64,000 nucleotides of DNA, taken from NCBI GenBank assembly GCA_950097015.1, contig CATNEN010000005.1:2790001-2854000 (forward strand). Direction: 5' to 3'. The notes under the pieces were generated by a model that saw only the letters and a program-made list of their open reading frames with translations, searched no databases and was not told the DNA's origin. The translations under genes and the position numbers were made by a program. This document shows positions 1 to 11,940 of this stretch, piece by piece; positions within the stretch are counted from its first letter, which is position 1; each line of letters begins with the position of its first letter. This DNA is from Macrostomum hystrix (lineage: Eukaryota; Animalia; Platyhelminthes).

Positions 1-640
1 TACTTAGTTAGAACTGATTAAGAATCAATCCCTACTAAGTGAGAACTGCGTCGGACTCAATCCCTACCAAGTGAGAACAGAGTAAGACTCGATCCCTACC
101 TAGTGAGAGCTGAGTAAGACTCCATCCCTACTCAATCCCTAGAGTGAGCTGAATAAGACTCAATCCCTACTCAATCCCTAGTTAGAGCTGAGTAAGACTC
201 GATCCCTACCTAGTCAGAACTGAGTAAGACTCAATCCCTACTCAATCCCTAGTGAGAGCTGAATAAGACTCAATCCCTACTCAATCCCTAGTTAGAGCTG
301 AGTAAGACTCGATCCCTACTTAGTTAGAACTGATTAAGACTCAATCCCTACTAAGTGAGAACTGCGTCGGACTCAATCCCTACCAAGTGAGAACTGCGTC
401 GGACTCAATCCCTACCAAGTGAGAACTGAGTAAGACTCGATCCCTACCTAGTGAGAGCTGAGTAAGACTCAATCCTTACTCAATCCCTAGAGAGAGGTGA
501 ATAAGACTCAATCCCTACTCAATCCCTAGTTAGAGCTAAGTAAGACTCGATCCCTACCTAGTGAGAGCTGAGTAAGACTCAATCCCTACCTAGTGAGAAC
601 TGATTAAGACTCGATCCCTACCAAGTGAGAATTAAGTAGG
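1..640. repeat. Heterogeneous ~32-bp minisatellite (GAGTAAGACTCGATCCCTACCTAGTGAGAGCT) with longer variants carrying an internal TCAATCCCTAC duplication; runs off the window start
   Basis: AGTAAGAC recurs at 81 and 113 (32 bp apart); variant units repeat to ~630. Confidence 0.9.
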
Positions 641-1206
641 CCTCTTTTAGATTAAGACAATACGAGCGTACACACTGTGAATTGTACTTAAAATGGATGA
701 CGTGAATTTTAAAATTGACTCCCTGATTGAGCAATAGAAAGCTTGACAATAATTTCGCTAGTTTTTATCTTATGCAGCAAAACACATTAACATTCAGTTC
801 ACTTTCGCATTGCTCGCAACCATATAAATGGTACTAAGTCAAAAAGCCGGAAGTCCACTTACTTTGAGCGCTATTGAATTTACTAAACCACAGTGTACAT
901 AATCCCAGCACTGTTTGCTAATCCCTTCGTCCCTTATACTTGACTTTGTTTGACTCGGCAGATTGTTGACACTGCTGATTTAGTGTACTCTTGTAGCACA
1001 CTTGATGATTAGGCACTTCGCTTCGTGTGTCAACAACTGAATACATACTATAGATACACTACATGTTACTTTCCCTGTAGAAACATTTTTTAGAATGAAT
1101 CTTTTGTAACACTGATTCTCTATTCGCTGTCCTTTCTTGTCATGCTGTCATATTTCGCACATTCTGCTTTGTCTTAACTCTCCTCGATCTCCTCTCCTTG
1201 GGTTTG

Positions 1207-1510
1207 TAGCCTACTGTTTAGAGCGTCGGACTCACGACTTGAAGGTCGGGGGTTCGATTCCCGACTTCACTGAAACAATTTGTGTCCTTTAGCAAGACAC
1301 TAACTCTGCATTGCTTCAGTTCACCCAGCTGTTAAATGGGTAACAGCATTAGCTGGGATAATTGAAGGTGGGTGTGGCGTCCCCCCCAGTCCATGGACTG
1401 AACAGCTGTACGCAGCCTTCAGATGCGCCGCGCAATAGCTGCGGCTGTGCTGTCGGCTGCACACCTTGGGACCCGATTGGGACAGCTATAATAATGTTAT
1501 TTCTTATTAA
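1207..1510 (+). mobile_element. tRNA-derived SINE with CORE-like central domain and AT-rich tail
   Basis: Degenerate A box ~1207 and B box GGTTCGATTCC 1251-1261. GTGTCCTTTAGCAAGACACTAACTCTGCATTGCTTCAGTTCACCCAGCTGTTAAATGGG (1282-1340) resembles the MIR/CORE consensus recalled from memory. The 3' part is shared with the copy at 23213-23420. Confidence 0.7.
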
Positions 1511-2087
1511 TAGTCTTTCGCACCAAGGTCACGAGCTCAAATCCGCGGCGAGGCCACATTTATAAATCTGGGGTTCGGCCGCTGGCACAGTGAGAGTGTG
1601 CACTGATTTACATTGAAAAGTTACGGTAAGGTATCTGTGTGCGTGTGCATCTTAAGAATCAACGGATTCAGAATCCAGAATCCAGATTGCAGGGTGAAAG
1701 CTGTTTAATATATGTCGCCAATTTTCTTTCAAGTTAAATTATTGATTTTTTTTGTCATTCATTTAGCTCAACCATTGCTTACTCCCACGCAAGGTTAGGA
1801 AGTATTTCTGCATGCTTTGGCATTAGCTGCCCGTATGCGTAAATTTGCTAGTCATTTGTGCAGTCAACAGGTTCTAGTTTATTCAGTTTGAATGCATTTT
1901 TCTCGTGATAATAAAGTACTTTTAACTTCGGTTAACTTGTAATCCTGTTAAAGAATGAAACTAATATGGACTCTGCCTGAATAATATGAATTATCAATTG
2001 AACTAGCAGGGACAATGCGAGGTCGTTTGATTCCTATTTTATTAGCTATTTTAACCGTCGGGTTGCTTAACTTCAATTTTCAACGAG

Positions 2088-2413
2088 GTCACGTGACTCA
2101 TTTTTACATGGTTTCTCGAAGATGTCACGTGACTCTACTTAAATAGTTTTAGGAGGGGTCACGTGACTCCTTTTAGTATTGTTTCTAGGAGAGGTCACTT
2201 TGACTCCCTCTTTATTGCTTCTTGGAGAGGTCACTTGACTTCCTCTTTATTGTGTCACGGAGGGTCACGTGACTCCCTCTTTATAGTTTCAAGGAGGGGT
2301 CACGTGACTCCCTCTTTATAGTTTCAAGATGGGGTCACGTGATTCACTCTTTATTGTTTCTATGAGAGGTCACGGGACTCCATTAAAATGTGGGAGGGGA
2401 AATCACGTGACCC
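2088..2413. promoter_or_regulatory. Degenerate ~35-bp-period array of GTCACGTGAC (E-box/CLEAR-type) motifs upstream of GTDC1
   Basis: Perfect GTCACGTGAC at 2088, 2124, 2158, 2264 and 2299; further CACGTG at ~2336 and ~2404; three degenerate copies in register. Confidence 0.6.
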
Positions 2414-2514
2414 CTTGTTAACCTCCGCGGTTGTGCCAGGTGCTATTATTACTTTATTGATTTCCACCTGAAATTTCGCTCCAATCTAACCAATTTCCAG
2501 CCGAACTTCCGACT

Positions 2515-2719
2515 ATGTCCAACCCATCGTCTGCATCGTCCGTATTAATCATTGAACCATTCTATGGCGGTTCGCATAAGCAATTGATTGACTACCTGAC
2601 TGGAGAAATTCTACCGCCAGGTAGTTGGCATCTGGTTGCCATGACAGCAAAAAAGTGGCATTGGCGCGCTCGCTGCTCAGCTCTGCACGTGGCGCAGGAG
2701 GTGGCGGATGCTATGAAAG
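2515..2719 (+). CDS. GTDC1: GTDC1/QTMAN (glycosyltransferase-like domain containing 1, queuosine-tRNA mannosyltransferase) coding exon 1
   Basis: LIIEPFYGGSHKQL and AKKWHWRAR match the GTDC1 N-terminus; donor AAAG|GTGAGA at 2720, phase 1. Confidence 0.93.
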
Positions 2720-2782
2720 GTGAGATTTTTGCTGTTATTTAGCTTCGGATTTTGGACACATGACCTAAATAGGGTTTGTTTA

Positions 2783-4961
2783 AGATCACGTGACTACCCA
2801 AAATATGGTGTCACGTGACCCACTCTAAATATGTTTGTTTAGGATCACGTGACCCACCCTAAATATGGTGTGTTTAGGATCACGTGACCCACCCTAAATA
2901 TGGTGTGTTTAGGATCACGTGACCCACCCTAAATATGGTGTGTAAAGGATCACGTGACCCACCCTAAATATGGTGTGTTTAGGATCACGTGACCCACCCT
3001 AAATATGGTGTGTTTAGGATCACGTGACCCACCCTAAATATGGTGTGTTTAGGATCACGTGACCCACCCTAAATATGGTGTGTTTAGGATCACGTGACCT
3101 ACCCTAAATATTGTGTGTTTAGGATCACGTGACCCACCCTAAATATGATGTGTTTAGAATCGCGTGACCCACCCTAAATATGGTGTGTTTAGGATCACGT
3201 GACCCACCCTAAATATGGTGTGTTTAGGATCACGTGACCCACCCTAAATATGGTGTGTTTAGGATCACGTCACCCACCCTAAATATGGTGTGTTTAGGAT
3301 CACGTCACCCACCCTAAATATGGTGTGTTTAGGATCACGTCACCCACCCTAAATATTGTGTGTTTAGAATCACGTGACCCACCCTAAATATGGTGTGTTT
3401 AGGATCACGTGACCCACCCTAAATATGGTGTGTTTAGGATCACGTGACCTACCCTAAATATGGTGTGTTTAGGATCACGTGACCCACCCTAAATATGGTG
3501 TGTTTAGGATCACGTGACCCACCCTAAATATGGTGTGTTTAGGATCACGTGACCCACCCTAAATATGGTGTGTTTAGGATCACGTGACCCACCCTAAATA
3601 TGGTGTGTTTAGAATCGCGTGACCCACCCTAAATATGGTGTGTTTAGGATCACGTGACCCACCCTAAATATGGTGTGTTTAGGATCACGTGACCCACCCT
3701 AAATATGGTGTGTTTAGAATCGCGTGACCCACCCTAAATATGGTGTGTTTAGGATCACGTGACCCACCCTAAATATGGTGTGTTTAGGATCACGTGACCC
3801 ACCCTAAATATGGTGTGTTTAGGATCACGTGACCTACCCTAAATATGGTGTGTTTAGGATCGCGTGACCCACCCTAAATATGGTGTGTTTAGGATCACGT
3901 GACCCACCCTAAATATGGTGTGTTTAGGATCACGTGACCCACCCTAAATATGGTGTGTTTAGGATCACGTGACCCACCCTAAATATGGTGTGTTTAGGAT
4001 CACGTGACCCACCCTAAATATGGTGTGTTTAGGATCACGTGACCCACCCTAAATATGTTTGTTTAGGATCACGTGACCTACCCTAAATATTGTGTGTTTA
4101 GGATCACGTGACCCACCCTAAATATGGTGTGTTTAGGATCACGTGACCCACCCTAAATATGGTGTGTTTAGGATCACGTGACCCACCCTAAATATGTTTG
4201 TTTAGGATCACGTGACCTACCCTAAATATTGTGTGTTTAGGATCACGTGACCCACCCTAAATATGGTGTGTTTAGGATCACGTGACCCACCCTAAATATG
4301 GTGTGTTTAGGATCACGTGACCCACCCTAAATATGGTGTGTTTAGGATCACGTGACCCACCCTAAATATGGTGTGTTTAGAATCGCGTGACCCACCCTAA
4401 ATATGGTGTGTTTAGGATCACGTGACCCACCCTAAATATGGTGTGTTTAGGATCACGTGACCCACCCTAAATATGGTGTGTTTAGGATCACGTGACCTAC
4501 CCTAAATATGGTGTGTTTAGGATCGCGTGACCCACCCTAAATATGGTGTGTTTAGGATCACGTGACCTACCCTAAATATTGTGTGTTTAGGATCACGTGA
4601 CCCACCCTAAATATGGTGTGTTTAGGATCACGTGACCCACCCTAAATATGGTGTGTTTAGGATCACGTGACCCACCCTAAATATGGTGTGTTTAGGATCA
4701 CGTGACCCACCCTAAATATGGTGTGTTTAGAATCGCGTGACCCACCCTAAATATGGTGTGTTTAGGATCACGTGACCTACCCTAAATATGGTGTGTTTAG
4801 GATCGCGTGACCCACCCTAAATATGGTGTGTTTAGAATCACGTGACCCACCCTAAATATGATGTGTTTAGAATCACGTGACCCACCCTAAATATGGTGTG
4901 TTTAGGATCACGTGACCCACCCTAAATATGGTGTGTTTAGGATCACGTGACCCACCCTAAA
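2783..4961. repeat. 35-bp minisatellite GATCACGTGACCCACCCTAAATATGGTGTGTTTAG, ~62 copies, in GTDC1 intron 1
   Basis: Direct reading of near-identical tandem units; each has TCACGTGA and CCCTAA. Confidence 0.97.
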
Positions 4962-5599
4962 TGTAGTATAATATGCTCCTGCGAACCAAGCTTTAGCTTA
5001 CAAACAATGAATACTCTATCCGTATATTGTTGCTGTGTGTATTAATCAAACATTTTTACTCCCACGCAAGTAAACAGGATAATCTCAGATAGGCTTAGTT
5101 GGGATTCGGTTCTCCCACACGATCAGCTTGTAGCCGGATTAGGAACTTATCAAGTCTTTGAGTTCTTGTAAATCAGGCTTTGCATAAAATGCTCATTTTA
5201 ATCCTTGTTCTTAGAATTTATTATTTTACGAGTATTGAACAATGTAATGTAACATTCTTACTAGAACATACGATCAATTTCACTCTACTTTGCACTCTTA
5301 ATCTTAGCTAGCTTACACTGGCGTCTTGACTACAGGAATAGCAATTCTTAGCTACTTTAATGTCGTTAAACTGGTTCGCATTGGTCCACTTTCTTTCTGT
5401 ATTTTTTTAGTTTTAAACAATAGTCCTCTTATATTTTTCAGTAATCATATTTACAAGAAGGTTTCAAAACTGTACTACACTACTGTCAGAAGTAGAGATA
5501 ATTGGCTATTTTAAAAAAGTGATTCGTAAAAATATATATTAATAGTAGTGCTTTTAGTGCTTGATGGATGATAGAATATGATTTTGTAGACAAGACAAT

Positions 5600-5995
5600 C
5601 GTTGGTGGTAGAGTTTAGTAGATAAGAGAGTAAGATAGTTTTAGAGATAAGAGAGTTTGATAGATATGAGAGTAGAATTTGGTAGATAATAGAGTAGAGT
5701 TTGGTGGATTAGAGTGTAGAGTTCGGTAGATAAGAGAGTAGAGTTTGGTGGATTAGAGTGTAGAGTTCGGTAGATAAGAGAGTGAGTTTGGTAGACAAGA
5801 GAGTAGAATTCGGTAGACAAGAGAGTAGAATTTGGTAGATAAGAGAGTAGAGTTTGGTAGATAAGAGAGTAGAATTCGGTAGATAAGAGAGTAGAGTTTG
5901 GTAGATAAGAGAGTAGAATTCGGTAGACAAGAGAGTAGAGTTTGGTAGATACGAGTCTAGAGTTTGGTAGATAAGAGAGTAGAGTTTAGTAGATT
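5600..5995. repeat. 22-bp purine-rich minisatellite GTAGATAAGAGAGTAGAGTTTG, ~18 degenerate copies, at the intron 3' end
   Basis: Tandem units read directly. Confidence 0.9.
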
Positions 5996-6055
5996 AAAAA
6001 TAAATATATGAGTAAGTGTTGTTTTTTAATCTGATCTTTATCTACACCTTTTCAG

Positions 6056-7851
6056 AGCGACAATTCAGTCACCTGTTCTGCAGCAGTGTTCTCAGCCTTG
6101 CAGAACTAATCGGCCTATGTCCCGGACTGGTTTCCACTAAAAAGCTAATCTATTTCCACGAGAATCAGCTAGTCTACCCGGTTAGGAAGATGAGAGGCGA
6201 GCGAGACTTTCAGTATGGCTACAATCAGATCCTGTCAGCTCTGGCAGCCGATGTTGCGCTATTCAACTCGGAGCACAATAGGGACACTTTTGTACATGGC
6301 GTTGATTCTTTCTTGAATGCCATGCCAGACTATAGGACTCGCGGACTGGGGCCAAGGATTGCGGCCAAATCCCAGATCTTACACTTGCCCGTGTTGCAGT
6401 CTAGCTTGAACTCTTGCGAGGCATTGTCGGATGACAAGAAGCAGAAGTTGGACTACCTCCAGGCATCTCAACTGCAAAATCATCAGACTTGTATAAAAAA
6501 CAGTAACATGGCAGTGTTCCTGCCGAACCAACAGTCACAAACTGCTCAGATCCAACCGAACCAGCAGTCACAAACTGCTCAGATCCAACCGAACCAGCAG
6601 TCACAAACTGATCAGATCCAACAGAACCAGCAGTCACAAACTGCTCAGATCCAACCGAACCAGCAGTCACAAACCGCTCAGATCCAACCGAACCAGCAGT
6701 CACAAACTGCTCAGATCCAACCGAACCAGCAGTCACAAACTGCTCAGATCCAACCGAACCAGCAGTCACAAACTGCTCAGATCCAACCGAACCAGCAGTC
6801 ACAAACTGATCAGATCCAACAGAACCAGCAGTCACAAACTGCTCAGATCCAACCGAACCAGCAGTCACAAACCGCTCAGATCCAACCGAACCAGCAGTCA
6901 CAAACTGCTCAGATCCAACCGAACCAGCAGTCACAAACTGCTCAGATCCAACCGAACCAGCAGTCACAAACTTCTCAGATCCAACCGAACCAGCAGTCAC
7001 AAACTGCTCAGATCCAACCGAACCAGCAGTCACAAACTTCTCAGATCCAACCGAACCAACAGTCACAAACTGCTCAGATCCAACCGAACCAGCAGTCACA
7101 AACTGCTCAGATCCAACCGAACCAGCAGTCACAAACCGCTCAGATCCAACCGAACCAACAGTCACAAACTGCTCAGATCCAACCGAACCAGCAGTCACAA
7201 ACTGCTCAGATCCAACCGAACCAACAGTCACAAACTGCTCAGATCCAACCGAACCAGCAGTCACAAACTGCTCAGATCCAAGCAGGATCTCTCCTTCACT
7301 CAGTGCAGCCCAGTAGTCCATTGCTCATACTTTGGCCCCATCGTTGGGAGCATGACAAAAATCCGGACGCATTCTTCTCGGTTATCTATTCGCTTGTCGA
7401 CTTCGGCGAGACCAACTTCGCTCTATGCATTCTTGGCCAGTCCTTCTCTGGTCCGCCCCCGCCGGTGTTTGATGAGGCACGAGCTAGACTACCGCCGGAA
7501 CGCATCGCCCACTGGGGCTTCGTTGAGAATCGCAGCGTTTATCTTAGCTACCTGTCATCCTGTCACGTTGTAGTGTCAACCGCCATTCATGAATTCTTTG
7601 GTCTAGCCATGCTAGAAGCCACAGCAGCCGGTTGCTATCCTTTGGCGCCCCGCCGTCTAGCTTATCCCGAGCTGTTTCCAGCCGAGTGTCTTTACTCAAC
7701 AGAGGCCCAGCTGGCTAAACAGCTTCGTAGATTTTGTCGCGCGGGTCCGGCATTGGCTAGACGCTTGCGAGCCGAAGGCGCTTTTCAATCGCGTCTTGAT
7801 CGACTTAGGCCGGAGGCATTGCGAGAGGCCTATAGTACATTGTTTCTGTGA
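6056..7851 (+). CDS. GTDC1: GTDC1/QTMAN coding exon 2 (possibly split by a repeat-filled in-frame intron 6503-7285)
   Basis: Acceptor TTTTCAG at 6055 is phase-compatible with the 2720 donor (G|AG = Glu). Family motifs: YFHENQLVYPV, ERDFQYGYNQILS, WPHRWEHDKNP, HEFFGLAMLEA, LAYPELFP; stop TGA 7849-7851. Confidence 0.93.
6523..7280 (+). repeat. 33-bp tandem repeat CCGAACCAGCAGTCACAAACTGCTCAGATCCAA, ~23 copies, in frame (PNQQSQTAQIQ) within GTDC1
   Basis: Read directly; no stop in the GTDC1 frame. Confidence 0.95.
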
Positions 7852-7889
7852 TTGGACTGAATTAGGATTAATACTGCGCAGTTTTTACC

Positions 7890-8160
7890 ATTTTAGTGAC
7901 ATTTCAGTGACGAATTAGTGACACCTTTAGAGACATTTCAGTGACGAATTAGTGACACCTTTAGAGACATTTCAGTGACGAAAATAGGACACTTTTTCTG
8001 ACATTTCAGTGAAGATTAAGTGGCAATTTTAGAGACACTTCAATGTGAAGTAAGTGACACTTTTAGTGACATTTCAGTGTCTAACAAGTGTGATTTTAGT
8101 GACGAAAAAGGGACTAGTAGTGACAATTCAGTGACTAATAAGTGACACTTTTAGTGCCAC
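7890..8160. repeat. 34-bp degenerate repeat GACATTTCAGTGACGAATTAGTGACACCTTTAGA in the GTDC1 3' region
   Basis: GACATTTCAG at 7898, 7932 and 7966, decaying afterwards. Confidence 0.8.
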
Positions 8161-8429
8161 TAACACCTTTGTTGTGAGCGTCATTACTTCTTGTTTGATT
8201 GTTAAGTTACAGTACACGATATCAAATCTAGTGTGCATTTCAAATTACGGTGTTTGCAATCGTGTGTTCATACTTTAAACTTGTCTGCTAGGATTCTTTG
8301 TCTATACCGAAATCGCTTTATGTCGGAACTGTCAAGGTTAATGTCTAAATTATTTTTATTGCTTCGAGTTTTTCTTAAATAAAATCTTTTTTTAACTTTT
8401 TAATAGACTTTTTCTTGTTTGGGGAGAAA

Positions 8430-9950
8430 ATTTAGTACAGTTTAGGCCTTTAGGGAGTAGATGTTGTGCAGTTTGGGGAGTAGATGTTGTGCAGTTTGGG
8501 GAGTAGATTTAGTACAGCTTAGGGAGTAGATTTAGTACAGTTTAGGGTGTATATTTAGTACAGTTTAGGGTGTATATTTAGTACAGTTTAGGGAGTAGAT
8601 TTAGTACAGTTTAGGGTGTAGATTTAGTACAGTTTAGGGAGTATATTTAGTACAGTTTAGGGAGTAGATGTTGTACAGCTTAGGGAGTAGATTTAGTACA
8701 GTTTAGGGTGTATATTTAGTACAGTTTAGGGAGTAGATTTAGTACAGTTTAGGGAGTAGATTTTGTGCAGTTTAGGGAGTAGATTTAGTACAGTTTAGGG
8801 AGTAGATTTAGTACAGTTTAGGGAGTAGATTTAGTACAGTTTAGGGTGTAGATTTAGTACAGTTTAGGGAGTATATTTAGTACAGTTTAGGGAGTAGATT
8901 TTGTGCAGTTTAGGGAGTAGATTTAGTACAGTTTAGGGAGTAGATTTAGTACAGTTTAGGGAGTAGATTTTGTGCAGTTTAGGGAGTAGATTTAGTACAG
9001 TTTAGGGAGTAGATTTAGTACAGTTTAGGGAGTAGATTTAGTACAGTTTATGGAGTATATTTAGTACAGTTTAGGGAGTATATTTAGTACAGTTTAGGGA
9101 GTAGATTTTGTGCAGTTTAGGGAGTAGATTTTGTGCAGCTTAGGGAGTAGATTTAGTACAGTTTAGGGAGTAGATTTAGTACAGTTTAGGGAGTAGATTT
9201 TGTGCAGTTTATGGAGTATATTTAGTACAGTTTAGGGAGTAGATTTAGTACAGTTTAGGGAGTAGATTTAGTACAGTTTAGGGAGTAGATTTAGTACAGT
9301 TTAGGGAGTATATTTAGTACAGTTTAGGGAGTAGATTTAGTACAGTTTAGGGAGTAGATTTAGTACAGTTTAGGGAGTAGATTTAGTACAGTTTAGGGAG
9401 TAGATTTAGTACAGTTTATGGAGTATATTTAGTACAGTTTAGGGAATATATTTAGTACAGTTTAGGGAGTAGATTTTGTGCAGTTTAGGGAGTAGATTTT
9501 GTGCAGCTTAGGGAGTAGATTTAGTACAGTTTAGGGAGTAGATTTAGTACAGTTTAGGGAGTAGATTTTGTGCAGTTTATGGAGTATATTTAGTACAGTT
9601 TAGGGAGTAGATTTAGTACAGTTTAGGGAGTAGATTTAGTACAGTTTAGGGAGTAGATTTAGTACAGTTTAGGGAGTATATTTAGTACAGTTTAGGGAGT
9701 AGATTTAGTACAGTTTAGGGAGTAGATTTAGTACAGTTTAGGGAGTAGATTTTGTGCAGTTTATGGAGTATATTTAGTACAGTTTAGGGAGTAGATTTAG
9801 TACAGTTTAGGGAGTAGATTTAGTACAGTTTAGGGAGTAGATTTAGTACAGTTTAGGGAGTATATTTAGTACAGTTTAGGGAGTAGATTTAGTACAGTTT
9901 AGGGAGTAGATTTAGTACAGTTTAGGGAGTAGGTTTTTGCAGTTTAGGAA
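8430..9950. repeat. 23-bp minisatellite TTTAGGGAGTAGATTTAGTACAG, ~65 copies, between GTDC1 and PIGC
   Basis: Tandem units read directly; most contain TTAGGG. Confidence 0.97.
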
Positions 9951-10010
9951 CTAAAATTTGCACATAAAGTAGCTAAATTAGCTTCTCATTTCCGCTAGCA
10001 GTCGGGAGCA

Positions 10011-10347
10011 ATGAGTTCCACCGTCCGACGCAAATGCCTGTACAAGATTTCTTGGCCAGAGAGACCAGACAATTACACTAGCGAGAATTTTCTCGAAGAT
10101 TTAAAACGCAACCTGTACGTGGAGCGTCACTCGCTACTAACAGTAATAGTAGTCACTGGCAAAGTGTTTCAACACTTCTGCAGTCTGTGCCTATTTGTGC
10201 AGCTGTACTGCCTGGTGCTGCAGGACAATTTGGCGCCCGAGGTTGTGCTGCTTGGTCTGGGCGTTGCTGCTCCGCCACTTTACCTCACCTATCTGTTCTA
10301 CCCGTTAGCTTGTGGAGCACAGTTTGAGCTGTCTCCGCTAAGGACTG
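10011..10347 (+). CDS. PIGC: PIGC (GPI-GlcNAc transferase subunit C/GPI2) exon 1
   Basis: RKCLYK..PDNYTSENFLEDLKRN matches the PIGC N-terminal KVLY..PDNY...FLEEL motif; donor ACTG|GTGCGT at 10348, phase 1. Confidence 0.85.
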
Positions 10348-10403
10348 GTGCGTTTGCGGGCGTCTCGATTAGAGATCTAATATAGCTTTTTAGTATATAT
10401 TTG

Positions 10404-11186
10404 CTAGTAGATTCTGGGAGGTTGGGTAGATTCTGGGAGGTCGGGTAGATTCTGGGAGGTTGGGTAGATTCTGGGAGGTTGGGTAGATTCTGGGAGGTTG
10501 GGTAGATTCTGGGAGGTTGGGTAGATTCTGGGAGGTTGGGTAGATTCTGGGAGGTCGGGTAGATTCTGGGAGGTTGGGTAGATTCTGGGAGGTTGGGTAG
10601 ATTCTGGGAGGTTGGGTAGATTCTGGGAGGTTGGGTAGATTCTGGGAGGTTGGGTAGATTCTGGGAGGTTGGGTAGATTCTGGGAGGTGGGGTAGATTCT
10701 GGGAGGTTGGGTAGATTCTGGGAGGTTGGGTAGATTCTGGGAGGTTGGGTAGATTCTGGGAGGTGGGGTAGATTCTGGGAGGTTGGGTAGATTCTGGGAG
10801 GTTGGGTAGATTCTGGGAGGTTGGGTAGATTCTGGAATGTAAAGTAGATGCTGGAATGTAGAGTATATTCTGGAATGTAGAGTAGATTCCGGAATGTAGA
10901 GTAGATTCTGGAATGTAGAGTAGATTCTGGAATGTAGAGTAGATTCCGGAATGTAGAGTAGATTCCGGAATGTAGAGTAGATTCTGGAATGTGGAGTAGA
11001 TTCTGGAATGTAGAGTAGATTCTGGAATGTAGAGTAGATTCTGGAATGTAGAGTAGATTCCGGAATGTAGAGTAGATTCTGGAATGTAGAGTAGATACCT
11101 GAATGTAGAGTAGATTCTGGAATGTAGAGTAGATTCTGGAATGTAGAGTAGATACCTGAATGTAGAGTAGATTCTGGAATGTACAG
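10404..11186. repeat. Compound 19-bp minisatellite in PIGC intron 1: block A GTAGATTCTGGGAGGTTGG (~10404-10830), then block B GTAGATTCTGGAATGTAGA (~10830-11186)
   Basis: GTAGAT at 10445, 10464 and 10483; abrupt switch of the 8-bp variable part. Confidence 0.95.
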
Positions 11187-11278
11187 AAAACACATCTTGC
11201 TGCGGTAGGCTCCGCCCTTTTCTACTCGTAGTTCTTCATCTATTCTCAAACCAAGACCTGTTTGGCCCCCATGAGCAG

Positions 11279-11447
11279 CATTCGGACACTGCCGCCTGCT
11301 GTTAGTCCTGACAGCTTTCATCCTGATGTGGTCGCCTCTACTGAAAACTCTGACAGCCGCCATCAGCACTGATACAATCTACGCAATGACCGCATTCTTT
11401 CTAACCGCTAATTTGCTATTTCACGATTACGGCACTTCGGCTGCTAT
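11279..11447 (+). CDS. PIGC: PIGC exon 2 (not in the ORF track)
   Basis: Manual translation: AFGHCRLLLVLTAFILMWSPLLKTLTAAISTDTIYAMTAFFLTANLLFHDYGTSAA, matching PIGC SPVLKTLT..STDTIYAM..F.DYG. Acceptor CAG 11276-11278; donor GTGAGT at 11448, phase 2. Confidence 0.9.
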
Positions 11448-11599
11448 GTGAGTTGTTTATTATCATACTAAATGTTCATTAATTACTATCAAAATACGGT
11501 AGAAAAAAAGCAAAATATTGTACTTGCTCTTTCACCGATATGTATCGAAAATACTAAATATTCAATTATTCAATTTCATCCGTAGCTTTTTGTGATTGG

Positions 11600-11730
11600 C
11601 TCCTAATATAGTGGTCTCGAGTTCGAATCTTAGCTGAGGAGGAAAAAATTCTCGAGTATGATACTTATAATTTTCTATTGCTTCAGTTAACCCAGTTGTT
11701 TAATTGGTACCAGAATCAACTGGGTTATAA
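11600..11730 (+). mobile_element. Degenerate fragment of the same SINE family in PIGC intron 2
   Basis: B box GAGTTCGAATC 11619-11629; ATTGCTTCAGTTAACCCAGTTGTTTAATTGGTACC aligns to 1310-1345. Confidence 0.55.
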
Positions 11731-11940
11731 TTATTTTGCTATTAGATTAATTCTAATTTCAAATAGAGTTCTCAGCCGATATGTTTCGAAAATTAATTAA
11801 AACTAACTTTCTTTAAAGACTAAATTTTATTATTGTTTTCGCTCTATACTACTTACTAATAAACTCAAGTAGATTACTTAGCATATTTAATCTTATAAAA
11901 AAATTGTTTCTGCCCCATCCAATATTTAAAATTTGCGCAG

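Noticed and set aside
1207-1270. tRNA gene (also at 23213-23270)
   Set aside because: A/B boxes are present but no acceptor-stem closure is seen, and downstream SINE body sequence follows
1779-5070. 15-bp exact direct repeat TTACTCCCACGCAAG at 1779 and 5056 flanking GTDC1 exon 1
   Set aside because: One 15-mer match is not far from chance in this much unique DNA, and no element boundaries are visible
6401-7321. Antisense 306-aa ORF (GSVGSEQFVTA)
   Set aside because: Mirror of the 33-bp repeat inside GTDC1, with no independent evidence
11184-11278. Alternative PIGC acceptor at TACAG 11186
   Set aside because: The phase-compatible frame hits TAG before the conserved SPLLKTL block; CAG 11278 gives the correct frame
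10390-11369. Minus-strand ORFs with PESTQPPRIY repeats
   Set aside because: Translations of the 19-bp intronic array, antisense to PIGC
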